From contig CBFDEM010000060.1 in the NCBI GenBank assembly GCA_965603825.1, forward strand, positions 588,987-652,986: a DNA stretch of 64,000 nt. Direction: 5' to 3'. Source of the stretch: Blepharisma stoltei ATCC 30299. Taxonomy: Eukaryota; Protista; Ciliophora. The stretch's first letter is position 1, and each line of letters starts with the position of its first letter. The translations under genes and the position numbers were made by a program. Shown in pieces: positions 11,029-20,688 of this stretch. A model generated the notes under the pieces. That model did no database searches. It saw only the letters and a list, made by a program, of their open reading frames with translations, and was not told the DNA's origin.

Positions 11029-14000
11029 TTAAATAGTATCTTTCCCTTTTCTTGTTCCTGCTCTCCTTGACTTGATCAGAAGAGCAATGTAGCGAATGAG
11101 CATATAGAAAATCTGAACAATAAAGATTTCCATAAGAATTCCCCATAAGAAGCTTTCAGCCCAGTAGCCACTCCAATTGTGACAGAAGTCAACGTTAAGT
11201 ATCACAATCCCAATGACTGATCCAATAAGAACTGCAATGCCTAGTAATAAAGCCAAAATATTCACTACTCTTCTTCCTTTCTCCATGCAAGATATCAATG
11301 CACATTCTAAGTGTACTCCTATAAGGACTGCGAGGACTGTATATCCGAAATAGTTTCCTTCATAATTGTCAAATATTGATTGAGTTGACATTTCTCTGCC
11401 TTTATCAGTGTCTTCAAATCCTGAGAACAAGCAGCCCTCTACTAATAACTCGAAAATAATAACGGCAAGTAAAATGAATGCTCTTCTCCATCTTGGCAAA
11501 TCTTTTCTATAATAAACCAGCCCAAATGTCAAATGACCTTCCAAAAGCATACGGAAATTCCCTTTAGCTCTATATTCATTATATAGTTCTTTTGGATAAA
11601 AGTCAACTTCTGGGCCTTTTTTAGTATGTCCTGAAGGGCCTAAATTATTTACCTCTCTTTCTGTATTTTCTGCAGCAAGTTGAGCTTTTTCAGGGTCACT
11701 TTTCACTTCTTCAGTCTGCACTAAATCCATTTTCACCTTCGTAAATGGCTCAGATTGCTCTGAAAGGGCTTCGACCTTCAAAGGCTCCACGTCTTCTTTG
11801 TCCATTTCATCAACCTTCAAAGGCTCTACAGGATTATTTGCAAGTTCAGGAACTGGAGTCACTTTTTTATCTTCTTTTTCTGAGGCTTTATTGTGGGATT
11901 TATCCATAAAGACTGTGATTATCATAAGGACGAATCCAATGAAAAATGAGACTATCATTATGATAGTTGGGGCTAAATTATCCCCGCATTCCGGAGTATA
12001 AGTAGGAGGAATGTAAGGGACAAAATCTGTTTCTGAGAGCTTAAATAAGGAGAAATGGGTAAGTGAAACTGTAATTGTATCAACTCCTTGGCTAGTAATG
12101 ACGCAACCATTTACGTCCCAAGTTGAAGTTGTAGTGTCATAATACACACAAGAAAGGCCCCTAGTCGCATTTTTATAATAAGGAATAGTTACTGTGACTG
12201 GATATCTGTCATCATTGAAGGATTGATATTGCTCATCTGTAGCAGTATATTGATAATCTTGATATCTACCGCTAGTTGTGTAGCTTACAGAGAACCAAGG
12301 TGCATAGCCGTCAGTAATATTATAAGTATTAGCTTTGAAGTTTGTGACTTCAGTCTCATCAATTGGGATTTTATTAGGGAATGTTACATCAATAAACCCA
12401 AAGGTCTGAGAAGTTTTACTGATTGAATCAGGGAAATTTCTGACTTTTCCAAATTGGATAGAGGAAGTTGAATCTGAAGCTGGAAGTGAGCTCTGGCCTG
12501 GAAGGTCATCAACTGTAATATAAGTCATAAAAGTAGTTAAGAAATTATCTGCTGCCAGCAAATAAGTCTCAAATGGCATTGTTGCGTCAGCATGTTTGCT
12601 GCCGAAATCTAAGTATCCGTTAGAAAGCGATACGATGATTTGCAAAATGCTACTTGCGTCAGTATTAATAGCAATTGAGTTGGCTGTAACTAAGTTATTG
12701 AGCCAAGTCATGAAATTTTCATAAAGAGTGACTGTCATTGAATCAGTTTGGCTTGATAAAGCCAAAACTGCAGCCGCGAAACTCTTAAATAGTGAGACTG
12801 ATACTGAATCTTGGCTTGCTGCATATGATTGCAAGTCACTCCACATCTGTGAGAAAAGAGTATTATCTATCGTTGCAGAGGAAGCAATCAATGAGATTTC
12901 GCTTGGAATATTGTCAGGGTCAAGAGTTGCAGAGGCATACATAGCAGCGTAGTCTGTGTCTTCTAGTTTTCTCTTTAGAGAATCGACTGTGATTTTGCTT
13001 TGATAAGTTGAGCAGCTTAAAAGCTGATCACATGCCTTGATTTTAATTGTATTACTGTTAGGGAATAAGCCAGTTGATAAGCTGCTGTCTTGAGTGGCTC
13101 CAAGGACATATTCCACACTATTCCAGACATCATCATAAGAATAAGTTAAAGGATAGTCTTGTCCATCTTGGTCATAACACCCAGCAATTGAAATTACAAA
13201 CGTTGTTTGCAAAGCAGTTCCACTTGTTGGCTGTATGTCTACAGATCCATCACAGGTAGCCCCACTGTTTATATTTACTATAATTGATGATGATAAAGAG
13301 TTTCCTGAAGTCTCAGTGATTGTAAAGCTGAATTTATAAGAACTACCTTGGATAAAGGTATTTGGTGGGATAGAAATTGTTGGCAAGTTATCAGGAGAAA
13401 TCTTTATTGCAGAACTATCACAAACCCATTTAATTTTAGAGCCAGATGATATAGTAGCTGTAGGAGATAAGGTATAAGAAGATCCTGCTGAGATTTTGGC
13501 TGAAGAATAAGGAATTTCTATTGAAGAAGAGGAGGCAACTGTTGCAGCTGAGACTTGCACAGTGACTGTGGCCGATGCATTTCTACTTCCTGCACTTATT
13601 AATAGGGTTATATCGTAGCTTGCTCCTGGTATCATTTTTCCTGAAGGAATTGAGAGGCTTGAGGTGGTAGCAGAAGAGACAAGGTCTTTATTATCAGTTC
13701 CAAGACAAGAAGTTGCATTCACTGTATATAAACAGCTCCATTGGTAACTTAAAAGAGTAGAAGAGCTATCTGGATCTGAAGAACGATCTCCATTAATAGA
13801 AAAGCCGTTCTTGGATGCCACAGTGCAGCTGGATTTGGAAAGTTTTATTTTGAGAGGAGATGAAGTCACTGTGATGGTAAGCAAAGAATATCCGGATACA
13901 GATGACTCTGTAGAACTTTGGCTAGTTGCAGTTGCATTGAATTGGTATGAGTATCCACTTGGAAGCATATTTTTGTTGATAACAAGCTTGTTTTGCTGCT

Positions 14001-17000
14001 TGGATGCAGAAAGGATTGCTGAGGAATCAATTGTAGGAGCCCCTGCTAAGGCAACATAGCTCCATTTATAAGTCACTGAAGAGACATCTCCACAGAATGT
14101 AGCAACTGAAGCCTTGTAAGTTCTTGAGTCTGAAGCTTTAATTGTATCAGTTGATCCTGAATCAAATACAACTTGAAGTGAAGGAGCTGCCTTAATTGCT
14201 GTAGTCATTGATGCAGAGTTTGTGCCGCCAAAGGCGTTTGTTACTTTAAGAGTAACCACTAGTGTAGAGTCAACGTTGCTTGTAAATAGAAGTTTTGTGA
14301 TTGCTAAAGATGCTGAGGATTGCTTTTCAATATAACTAGTGAGACCTGAGTTCTGTGGAGTACTGGTGGCTGACCAAGTGTATATCATAGGGTTATTCAA
14401 GTTTCCTGTTGATTTTGAACCTGAGTACTGAAGAGCTGTGTTTCCACAATCTAAAGAATAGCTTGCTGGTCCGGAAATGACAGCATTAGGAGTAGGATCG
14501 GCTGTTTGCCTTACAGTAATATATAGCGGAGTATAATTTAAGCTGCAAGTTCCTTCCTTTTTAGCAATATTTGTTCCCAACAAATATAGTTTTTCAACTT
14601 TAATAGTAAAGCCTTTTCCTAATTGAATTTTCAGCTTATTGGATCCATCCCATGAGCAACTGGCTCCAGTTCCTAGTTTGCTAATGCTTTGCCAATCAAT
14701 GGTATTTGAGCATGCTGCACTAACTGTAGTATCAACACCTACACTGAAAGTAACTGTAATGGTAGAGAAATATTCATCGAAATAGGCGTCAGTCACATCT
14801 GACAATACGAAATAATTCTTGCAAGCTATACATTTATTGCTAACTAAGGTATATCCACCATTACAAACACACGACTGTGAATTTGAGTCATAGCTTGAAT
14901 TTGCAGTGCAAGAACACTTGCTCTTTACTAATTCTGCATTAGTTACACAAGCTGTGCAAGATTCTCCATCATCTTCGCTGCATGTAGTACATACTTGGTT
15001 GCAGGTAGCTACACATTTAGTATCTTTTTGGTAAAATCCACTAACACAGCTGCAAGTGCCATCTGAATTTGCTGAAGCATGCTTTATGCAAGTATTGCAA
15101 GTATCTACTGATTTAGTGCAGATGGAACAATTGATCTTACAAGCCTGACATGTATTTCCAGATTTTCCATATCCATTACTACAGCTGCATAAGTTAGTAT
15201 TATCAACTGCTGCATTATCCACACAAGAGCTGCAGGACCAATTAGACGAGCATTTCTTACAAAGTCCTGGGCAGGCTGTGCATACTGCATTTAAAGAGTA
15301 ATAATAGTCATTGCATGTACAAACACTTGTATCTAAATCAAAGCTTGCATTTTCGTCATTACAAGTACAAACTCCATCAGTGAGAGTCATATGGCTTGCG
15401 TCTAAACATTCTTCACAATAGGTAGCTTCATTAACGCATTCTTTGCAAGGAGCATCACAGGCTTCGCATGAATCTGAATCAGTATAATAGAAGCTAGAAT
15501 CGCATTGGTCACATGTAGATTCATCAACACACTCAGCGCAATTATCCATACACTTAGTGCAGCTTCCTGGATGGTCATAATATCCTCTGACGCAGACACA
15601 GTCATTAACGGTTGTATCAAACTCTGTATGGTCATCTAAACAATTATCACAAGAGCCATCACTATCCAATGAATTGTAGACTCCACTGCATTTTGTGCAA
15701 TAAGTTTCAGAGCTGCACCATAAGCAAGGTTCAACACAAGGAGAAGTAGCTGTATTAGAACTGAAATAGTAAGTATCATCAGCAACACATACCTCTGTAC
15801 CACTATCAAATGTAGAATGAGTTGGACAGTCGCAGTCAGGAATTCCAAGCATATGAGTTGTATCTGTGCAAGCTGTGCAGGAAGTTCCATCTGTAGTGTC
15901 ACATGTTGCACATTTAGGGTCGCATTCAGCACATGTGGTAGCATCACTAAAGTAATATCCGTCATCTGGAACACAATCTGATCCTGTGAGAGTTGAGTGC
16001 TCAGGACATTCACAGTCTGGAGCCGCTGACGTATGAGTTGTATCTGTGCAAGCTGTGCAAGAAGTTCCATCGCTAGCGTCACATGTATCACATTTAGGGT
16101 CGCATTCAGCACATGTGGTAGCATCACTAAAGTAATATCCGTCATCTGGAACACAAACTGATTCATCGAAAGTTGAGTGACTTGGGCAAGCGCAGTCAGG
16201 TACTCCAAGCATATGAGTTGTATCTGTACAAGCTGTGCAGGAAGTTCCATCGCTAGTGTCACATGTATCACATTTAGGGTCGCATTCAGCACATGTGGTA
16301 GCATCACTAAAGTAATATCCGTCATCTGGAACACAATCTGATCCTGTGAGAGTTGAGTGCTCAGGACATTCGCAGTCTGGAGCCGCTGACATATGAGTTG
16401 TATCTGCACAAACTGTGCAGACAGTTCCATCGCTAGTGTCACATGTATCACATTTAGGGTCGCATTCAGCACATGTGGTAGCATCACTAAAGTAATATCC
16501 GTTATCTGGAACACAATCTGATCCTGTGAGAGTTGAGTGCTCAGGGCATTCGCAGTCTGGAGCCGCTGACGTATGAGTTGTATCGGTACAAGCTGTGCAA
16601 GAAGTTCCATCGCTAGTGTCACATGTATCACATTTAGGGTCGCATTCAGCACATGTGGTAGCATCACTAAAGTAATATCCGTTATCTGGAACACAAACTG
16701 ATCCTGTGAGAGTTGAGTGATCAGGACATTCACAGTCTGGAGCCGCTGACGTATGAGTTGTATCTGTACAAGCTGTGCAAGAAGTTCCATCGGTAGTGTC
16801 ACATGTATCACATTTAGGGTCGCATTCAGCACATGTGGTAGCATCACTAAAGTAATATCCGTCATCTGGAACACAATCTGATCCTGTGAGAGTTGAGTGC
16901 TCAGGACATTCGCAGTCTGGAGCCGCTGACATATGAGTTGTATCTGCACAAACTGTGCAGACAGTTCCATCGGTAGTGTCACATGTATCACATTTAGGGT

Positions 17001-20000
17001 CACATTCAGCACATGTGGTAGCATCACTAAAGTAATATCCGTCATCTGGAACACAATCTGATCCTGTGAGAGTTGAGTGATCAGGACATTCACAGTCTGG
17101 AGCTGCTGACGTATGAGTTGTATCGGTACAAGCTGTGCAGGAAGTTCCATCGCTAGTGTCACATGTATCACACTTAGGGTCGCATTCTGCACATGTGGTA
17201 GCATCACTAAAGTAATATCCGTCATCTGGAACGCAAACTGATTCATCGAAAGTTGAGTGCTCAGGGCATTCGCAGTCTGGAGCCGCTAACATATGAGTTG
17301 CATCTTTGCAAGCTGTGCAGGAAGTTCCATCGGTAGTGTCACATGTCTCACATTTAGGGTCGCATTCAGCACATGTGGTAGCATCACTAAAGTAATATCC
17401 GTTATCTGGAACACAATCTGATCCTGTGAGAGTTGAGTGCTCAGGACATTCGCAGTCTGGAGCCGCTGACGTATGAGTTGTATCTGTGCAAGCTGTGCAG
17501 ACAGTTCCATCGCTAGTGTCACATGTATCACATTTAGGGTCGCATTCAGCACATGTAGTAGCATCACTAAAGTAATATCCGTCATCTGGAACACAATCTG
17601 ATCCTGTGAGAGTTGAGTGCTCAGGACATTCGCAGTCTGGAGCCGCTGACGTATGAGTTGTATCTGTGCAAGCTGTGCAGACAGTTCCATCGCTAGTGTC
17701 ACATGTATCACATTTAGGGTCGCATTCAGCACATGTGGTAGCATCACTAAAGTAATATCCGTCATCTGGAACACAAACTGATCCTGTGAGAGCTGAGTGA
17801 TCAGGGCATTCGCAGTCTGGAGCCGCTGACATATGAGTTGTATCTGTACAAGCTGTGCAGACAGTTCCATCGCTAGTGTCACATGTATCACATTTAGGGT
17901 CGCATTCAGCACATGTAGTAGCATCACTAAAGTAATATCCGTCATCTGGAACACAATCTGATCCTGTGAGAGTTGAGTGCTCAGGGCATTCGCAGTCTGG
18001 AGCCGCTGACGTATGAGTTGTATCTGTGCAAGCTGTGCAGACAGTTCCATCGCTAGTGTCACATGTATCACACTTAGGGTCGCATTCAGCACATGTGGTA
18101 GCATCACTAAAGTAATATCCGTCATCTGGAACACAATCTGATCCTGTGAGAGTTGAGTGCTCAGGACATTCGCAGTCTGGAGCCGCTGACGTATGAGTTG
18201 TATCTGTGCAAGCTGTGCAGACAGTTCCATCGCTAGTGTCACATGTATCACATTTAGGGTCGCATTCAGCACATGTGGTAGCATCACTAAAGTAATATCC
18301 GTTATCTGGAACACAAACTGATCCTGTGAGAGCTGAGTGATCAGGGCATTCGCAGTCTGGAGCCGCTGACATATGAGTTGTATCTGTACAAGCTGTGCAG
18401 ACAGTTCCATCGCTAGTGTCACATGTATCACATTTAGGGTCGCATTCAGCACATGTGGTAGCATCACTAAAGTAATATCCGTTATCTGGAACACAATCTG
18501 ATCCTGTGAGAGTTGAGTGATCAGGGCATTCGCAGTCTGGAGCCGCTGACGTATGAGTTGTATCTGTACAAGCTGTGCAGACAGTTCCATCGCTAGTGTC
18601 ACATGTATCACATTTAGGGTCGCATTCAGCACATGTGGTAGCATCACTAAAGTAATATCCGTCATCTGGAACACAATCTGATCCTGTGAGAGTTGAGTGC
18701 TCAGGACATTCGCAGTCTGGAGCCGCTGACGTATGAGTTGTATCTGTGCAAGCTGTGCAGACAGTTCCATCGCTAGTGTCACATGTATCACATTTAGGGT
18801 CGCATTCAGCACATGTGGTAGCATCACTAAAGTAATATCCGGCATCTGGAACACAATCTGATCCTGTGAGAGTTGAGTGATCAGGACATTCGCAGTCTGG
18901 AGCCGCTGACATATGAGTTGTATCTGTACAAGTTGTGCAGACAGTTCCATCGCTAGTGTCACATGTATCACACTTAGGGTCGCATTCAGCACATGTGGTA
19001 GCATCACTAAAGTAATATCCGTTATCTGGAACACAAACTGATCCTGTTAGAGTAGAGTGATCAGGGCATTCGCAGTCTGGAGCCGCTGACGTATGAGTTG
19101 TATCTGTGCAAGCTGTGCAGACAGTTCCATCGCTAGTGTCACATGTATCACATTTAGGGTCGCATTCAGCACATGTGGTAGCATCACTAAAGTAATATCC
19201 GTTATCTGGAACACAAACTGATCCTGTGAGAGTTGAGTGATCAGGGCATTCGCAGTCTGGAGCCGCTGACGTATGAGTTGTATCTGTGCAAGCTGTGCAG
19301 ACAGTTCCATCGCTAGTGTCACATGTATCACATTTAGGGTCGCATTCAGCACATGTGGTAGCATCACTAAAGTAATATCCGGTATCTGGAACACAAACTG
19401 ATCCTGTGAGAGTTGAGTGCTCAGGACATTCGCAGTCTGGAGCCGCTGACGTATGAGTTGTATCTGTGCAAGCTGTGCAGACAGTTCCATCGCTAGTGTC
19501 ACATGTATCACATTTAGGGTCGCATTCAGCACATGTGGTAGCATCACTAAAGTAATATCCGTTATCTGGAACACAAACTGATCCTGTGAGAGTTGAGTGA
19601 TCAGGGCATTCGCAGTCTGGAGCCGCTGACGTATGAGTTGTATCTGTGCAAGCTGTGCAGACAGTTCCATCGCTAGTGTCACATGTATCACATTTAGGGT
19701 CGCATTCAGCACATGTGGTAGCATCACTAAAGTAATATCCGGTATCTGGAACACAAACTGATCCTGTGAGAGTTGAGTGATCAGGGCATTCGCAGTCTGG
19801 AGCCGCTGACGTATGAGTTGTATCTGTGCAAGCTGTGCAGACAGTTCCATCGCTAGTGTCACATGCATCACATTTAGGGTCGCATTCAGCACATGTGGTA
19901 GCATCACTAAAGTAATATCCGTTATCTGGAACACAAACTGATCCTGTGAGAGCTGAGTGATCAGGGCATTCGCAGTCTGGAGCCGCTGACGTATGAGTTG

Positions 20001-20688
20001 TATCTGTACAAGCTGTGCAGACAGTTCCATCGCTAGTGTCACATGTATCACATTTAGGGTCGCATTCAGCACATGTGGTAGCATCACTAAAGTAATATCC
20101 GGTATCTGGAACACAATCTGATCCTGTGAGAGTTGAGTGCTCAGGGCATTCGCAGTCTGGAGCCGCTGACATATGTGTTCCGTCTATGCATGCAGTGCAA
20201 TCCGACGAACTGGTACCGCAAGTACTGCATTTATCATCACAACAGCTTGCACCGCTACCGTGAACTGTAAATCCATCAATGCACGCAACACAAGTATCAC
20301 CATCACCACTAGCAACCATACTGCAATGCTCAATAGTCGAAGCTGTGCATCCACCTGCATCATCAGGTATGTCAGTAGCTGAATTAGTGCAAGTTTCGCA
20401 CGTTGTTGCATCTTTGCAAGTTTGGCATCCACTTGCACCACCAGTGCAAGCAGCTGTTAAATATCTTTCGTTTTCCCACCAGGATCCCTCTACAGTCGTA
20501 TTTTGGTCTTTTTCTGGAGCAGTTTCATTATTTTTGACAAGTTGATTGACTGCCTCAGAATCGTCGATAAGCAGTTTTGAGTGAATTTCAGAGCTTTTAA
20601 GGCTAGTTCTGGCAATTGGATTGAGTTCTTCCGCTGTAGTTGCTCCAAGGATCAGGAGCAAAAAATAAGCAATTCCACCAGTAGGCAT
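11029..20688 (-). CDS. Gene B: 3219-aa polycystin-1/PKDREJ-like surface receptor (signal peptide, 24 Cys-rich repeats, furin-like repeats, REJ, GPS/GAIN, about 5 TM)
   Basis: Uninterrupted ORF ending TAA. REJ-like motifs SSDPDSSSTLLSYQWSC and GTALQTTFVISIAGCYDQDGQDYPLTYSY. GPS motif CVYYD...WDVNGC...LTHFSLF. Five hydrophobic segments near the C-terminus, with a PKD1-like H...PRWRR motif before the second. Confidence 0.92.
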   Translation of the reverse strand: MPTGGIAYFLLLILGATTAEELNPIARTSLKSSEIHSKLLIDDSEAVNQLVKNNETAPEKDQNTTVEGSWWENERYLTAACTGGASGCQTCKDATTCETCTNSATDIPDDAGGCTASTIEHCSMVASGDGDTCVACIDGFTVHGSGASCCDDKCSTCGTSSSDCTACIDGTHMSAAPDCECPEHSTLTGSDCVPDTGYYFSDATTCAECDPKCDTCDTSDGTVCTACTDTTHTSAAPDCECPDHSALTGSVCVPDNGYYFSDATTCAECDPKCDACDTSDGTVCTACTDTTHTSAAPDCECPDHSTLTGSVCVPDTGYYFSDATTCAECDPKCDTCDTSDGTVCTACTDTTHTSAAPDCECPDHSTLTGSVCVPDNGYYFSDATTCAECDPKCDTCDTSDGTVCTACTDTTHTSAAPDCECPEHSTLTGSVCVPDTGYYFSDATTCAECDPKCDTCDTSDGTVCTACTDTTHTSAAPDCECPDHSTLTGSVCVPDNGYYFSDATTCAECDPKCDTCDTSDGTVCTACTDTTHTSAAPDCECPDHSTLTGSVCVPDNGYYFSDATTCAECDPKCDTCDTSDGTVCTTCTDTTHMSAAPDCECPDHSTLTGSDCVPDAGYYFSDATTCAECDPKCDTCDTSDGTVCTACTDTTHTSAAPDCECPEHSTLTGSDCVPDDGYYFSDATTCAECDPKCDTCDTSDGTVCTACTDTTHTSAAPDCECPDHSTLTGSDCVPDNGYYFSDATTCAECDPKCDTCDTSDGTVCTACTDTTHMSAAPDCECPDHSALTGSVCVPDNGYYFSDATTCAECDPKCDTCDTSDGTVCTACTDTTHTSAAPDCECPEHSTLTGSDCVPDDGYYFSDATTCAECDPKCDTCDTSDGTVCTACTDTTHTSAAPDCECPEHSTLTGSDCVPDDGYYFSDATTCAECDPKCDTCDTSDGTVCTACTDTTHMSAAPDCECPDHSALTGSVCVPDDGYYFSDATTCAECDPKCDTCDTSDGTVCTACTDTTHTSAAPDCECPEHSTLTGSDCVPDDGYYFSDATTCAECDPKCDTCDTSDGTVCTACTDTTHTSAAPDCECPEHSTLTGSDCVPDNGYYFSDATTCAECDPKCETCDTTDGTSCTACKDATHMLAAPDCECPEHSTFDESVCVPDDGYYFSDATTCAECDPKCDTCDTSDGTSCTACTDTTHTSAAPDCECPDHSTLTGSDCVPDDGYYFSDATTCAECDPKCDTCDTTDGTVCTVCADTTHMSAAPDCECPEHSTLTGSDCVPDDGYYFSDATTCAECDPKCDTCDTTDGTSCTACTDTTHTSAAPDCECPDHSTLTGSVCVPDNGYYFSDATTCAECDPKCDTCDTSDGTSCTACTDTTHTSAAPDCECPEHSTLTGSDCVPDNGYYFSDATTCAECDPKCDTCDTSDGTVCTVCADTTHMSAAPDCECPEHSTLTGSDCVPDDGYYFSDATTCAECDPKCDTCDTSDGTSCTACTDTTHMLGVPDCACPSHSTFDESVCVPDDGYYFSDATTCAECDPKCDTCDASDGTSCTACTDTTHTSAAPDCECPEHSTLTGSDCVPDDGYYFSDATTCAECDPKCATCDTTDGTSCTACTDTTHMLGIPDCDCPTHSTFDSGTEVCVADDTYYFSSNTATSPCVEPCLWCSSETYCTKCSGVYNSLDSDGSCDNCLDDHTEFDTTVNDCVCVRGYYDHPGSCTKCMDNCAECVDESTCDQCDSSFYYTDSDSCEACDAPCKECVNEATYCEECLDASHMTLTDGVCTCNDENASFDLDTSVCTCNDYYYSLNAVCTACPGLCKKCSSNWSCSSCVDNAAVDNTNLCSCSNGYGKSGNTCQACKINCSICTKSVDTCNTCIKHASANSDGTCSCVSGFYQKDTKCVATCNQVCTTCSEDDGESCTACVTNAELVKSKCSCTANSSYDSNSQSCVCNGGYTLVSNKCIACKNYFVLSDVTDAYFDEYFSTITVTFSVGVDTTVSAACSNTIDWQSISKLGTGASCSWDGSNKLKIQLGKGFTIKVEKLYLLGTNIAKKEGTCSLNYTPLYITVRQTADPTPNAVISGPASYSLDCGNTALQYSGSKSTGNLNNPMIYTWSATSTPQNSGLTSYIEKQSSASLAITKLLFTSNVDSTLVVTLKVTNAFGGTNSASMTTAIKAAPSLQVVFDSGSTDTIKASDSRTYKASVATFCGDVSSVTYKWSYVALAGAPTIDSSAILSASKQQNKLVINKNMLPSGYSYQFNATATSQSSTESSVSGYSLLTITVTSSPLKIKLSKSSCTVASKNGFSINGDRSSDPDSSSTLLSYQWSCLYTVNATSCLGTDNKDLVSSATTSSLSIPSGKMIPGASYDITLLISAGSRNASATVTVQVSAATVASSSSIEIPYSSAKISAGSSYTLSPTATISSGSKIKWVCDSSAIKISPDNLPTISIPPNTFIQGSSYKFSFTITETSGNSLSSSIIVNINSGATCDGSVDIQPTSGTALQTTFVISIAGCYDQDGQDYPLTYSYDDVWNSVEYVLGATQDSSLSTGLFPNSNTIKIKACDQLLSCSTYQSKITVDSLKRKLEDTDYAAMYASATLDPDNIPSEISLIASSATIDNTLFSQMWSDLQSYAASQDSVSVSLFKSFAAAVLALSSQTDSMTVTLYENFMTWLNNLVTANSIAINTDASSILQIIVSLSNGYLDFGSKHADATMPFETYLLAADNFLTTFMTYITVDDLPGQSSLPASDSTSSIQFGKVRNFPDSISKTSQTFGFIDVTFPNKIPIDETEVTNFKANTYNITDGYAPWFSVSYTTSGRYQDYQYTATDEQYQSFNDDRYPVTVTIPYYKNATRGLSCVYYDTTTSTWDVNGCVITSQGVDTITVSLTHFSLFKLSETDFVPYIPPTYTPECGDNLAPTIIMIVSFFIGFVLMIITVFMDKSHNKASEKEDKKVTPVPELANNPVEPLKVDEMDKEDVEPLKVEALSEQSEPFTKVKMDLVQTEEVKSDPEKAQLAAENTEREVNNLGPSGHTKKGPEVDFYPKELYNEYRAKGNFRMLLEGHLTFGLVYYRKDLPRWRRAFILLAVIIFELLVEGCLFSGFEDTDKGREMSTQSIFDNYEGNYFGYTVLAVLIGVHLECALISCMEKGRRVVNILALLLGIAVLIGSVIGIVILNVDFCHNWSGYWAESFLWGILMEIFIVQIFYMLIRYIALLIKSRRAGTRKGKDTI
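15840..20175 (-). repeat. 180-bp tandem array in gene B (24 units)
   Basis: Exact 180-nt period from 15961 to 20101. Unit CECPEHSTLTGSDCVPDDGYYFSDATTCAECDPKCDTCDTSDGTVCTACTDTTHTSAAPD. Confidence 0.97.

Noticed and set aside
11798-14059. Short plus-strand ORFs opposite gene B, and minus-strand ORFs opposite the HECT-like and VFT genes
   Set aside because: Antisense shadows of real coding sequence.
15636-20114. Long alternative-frame ORFs (MFQITDITLVMLPHVLNATL...) in the arrays of B, and likewise in A and C
   Set aside because: Shadow frames: a stop-free 180-nt unit repeated in tandem yields long ORFs automatically.
15840-20175. CRISPR-like or satellite interpretation of the regular repeats
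   Set aside because: There are no unique spacers; the units are in-frame coding repeats in a eukaryotic gene.
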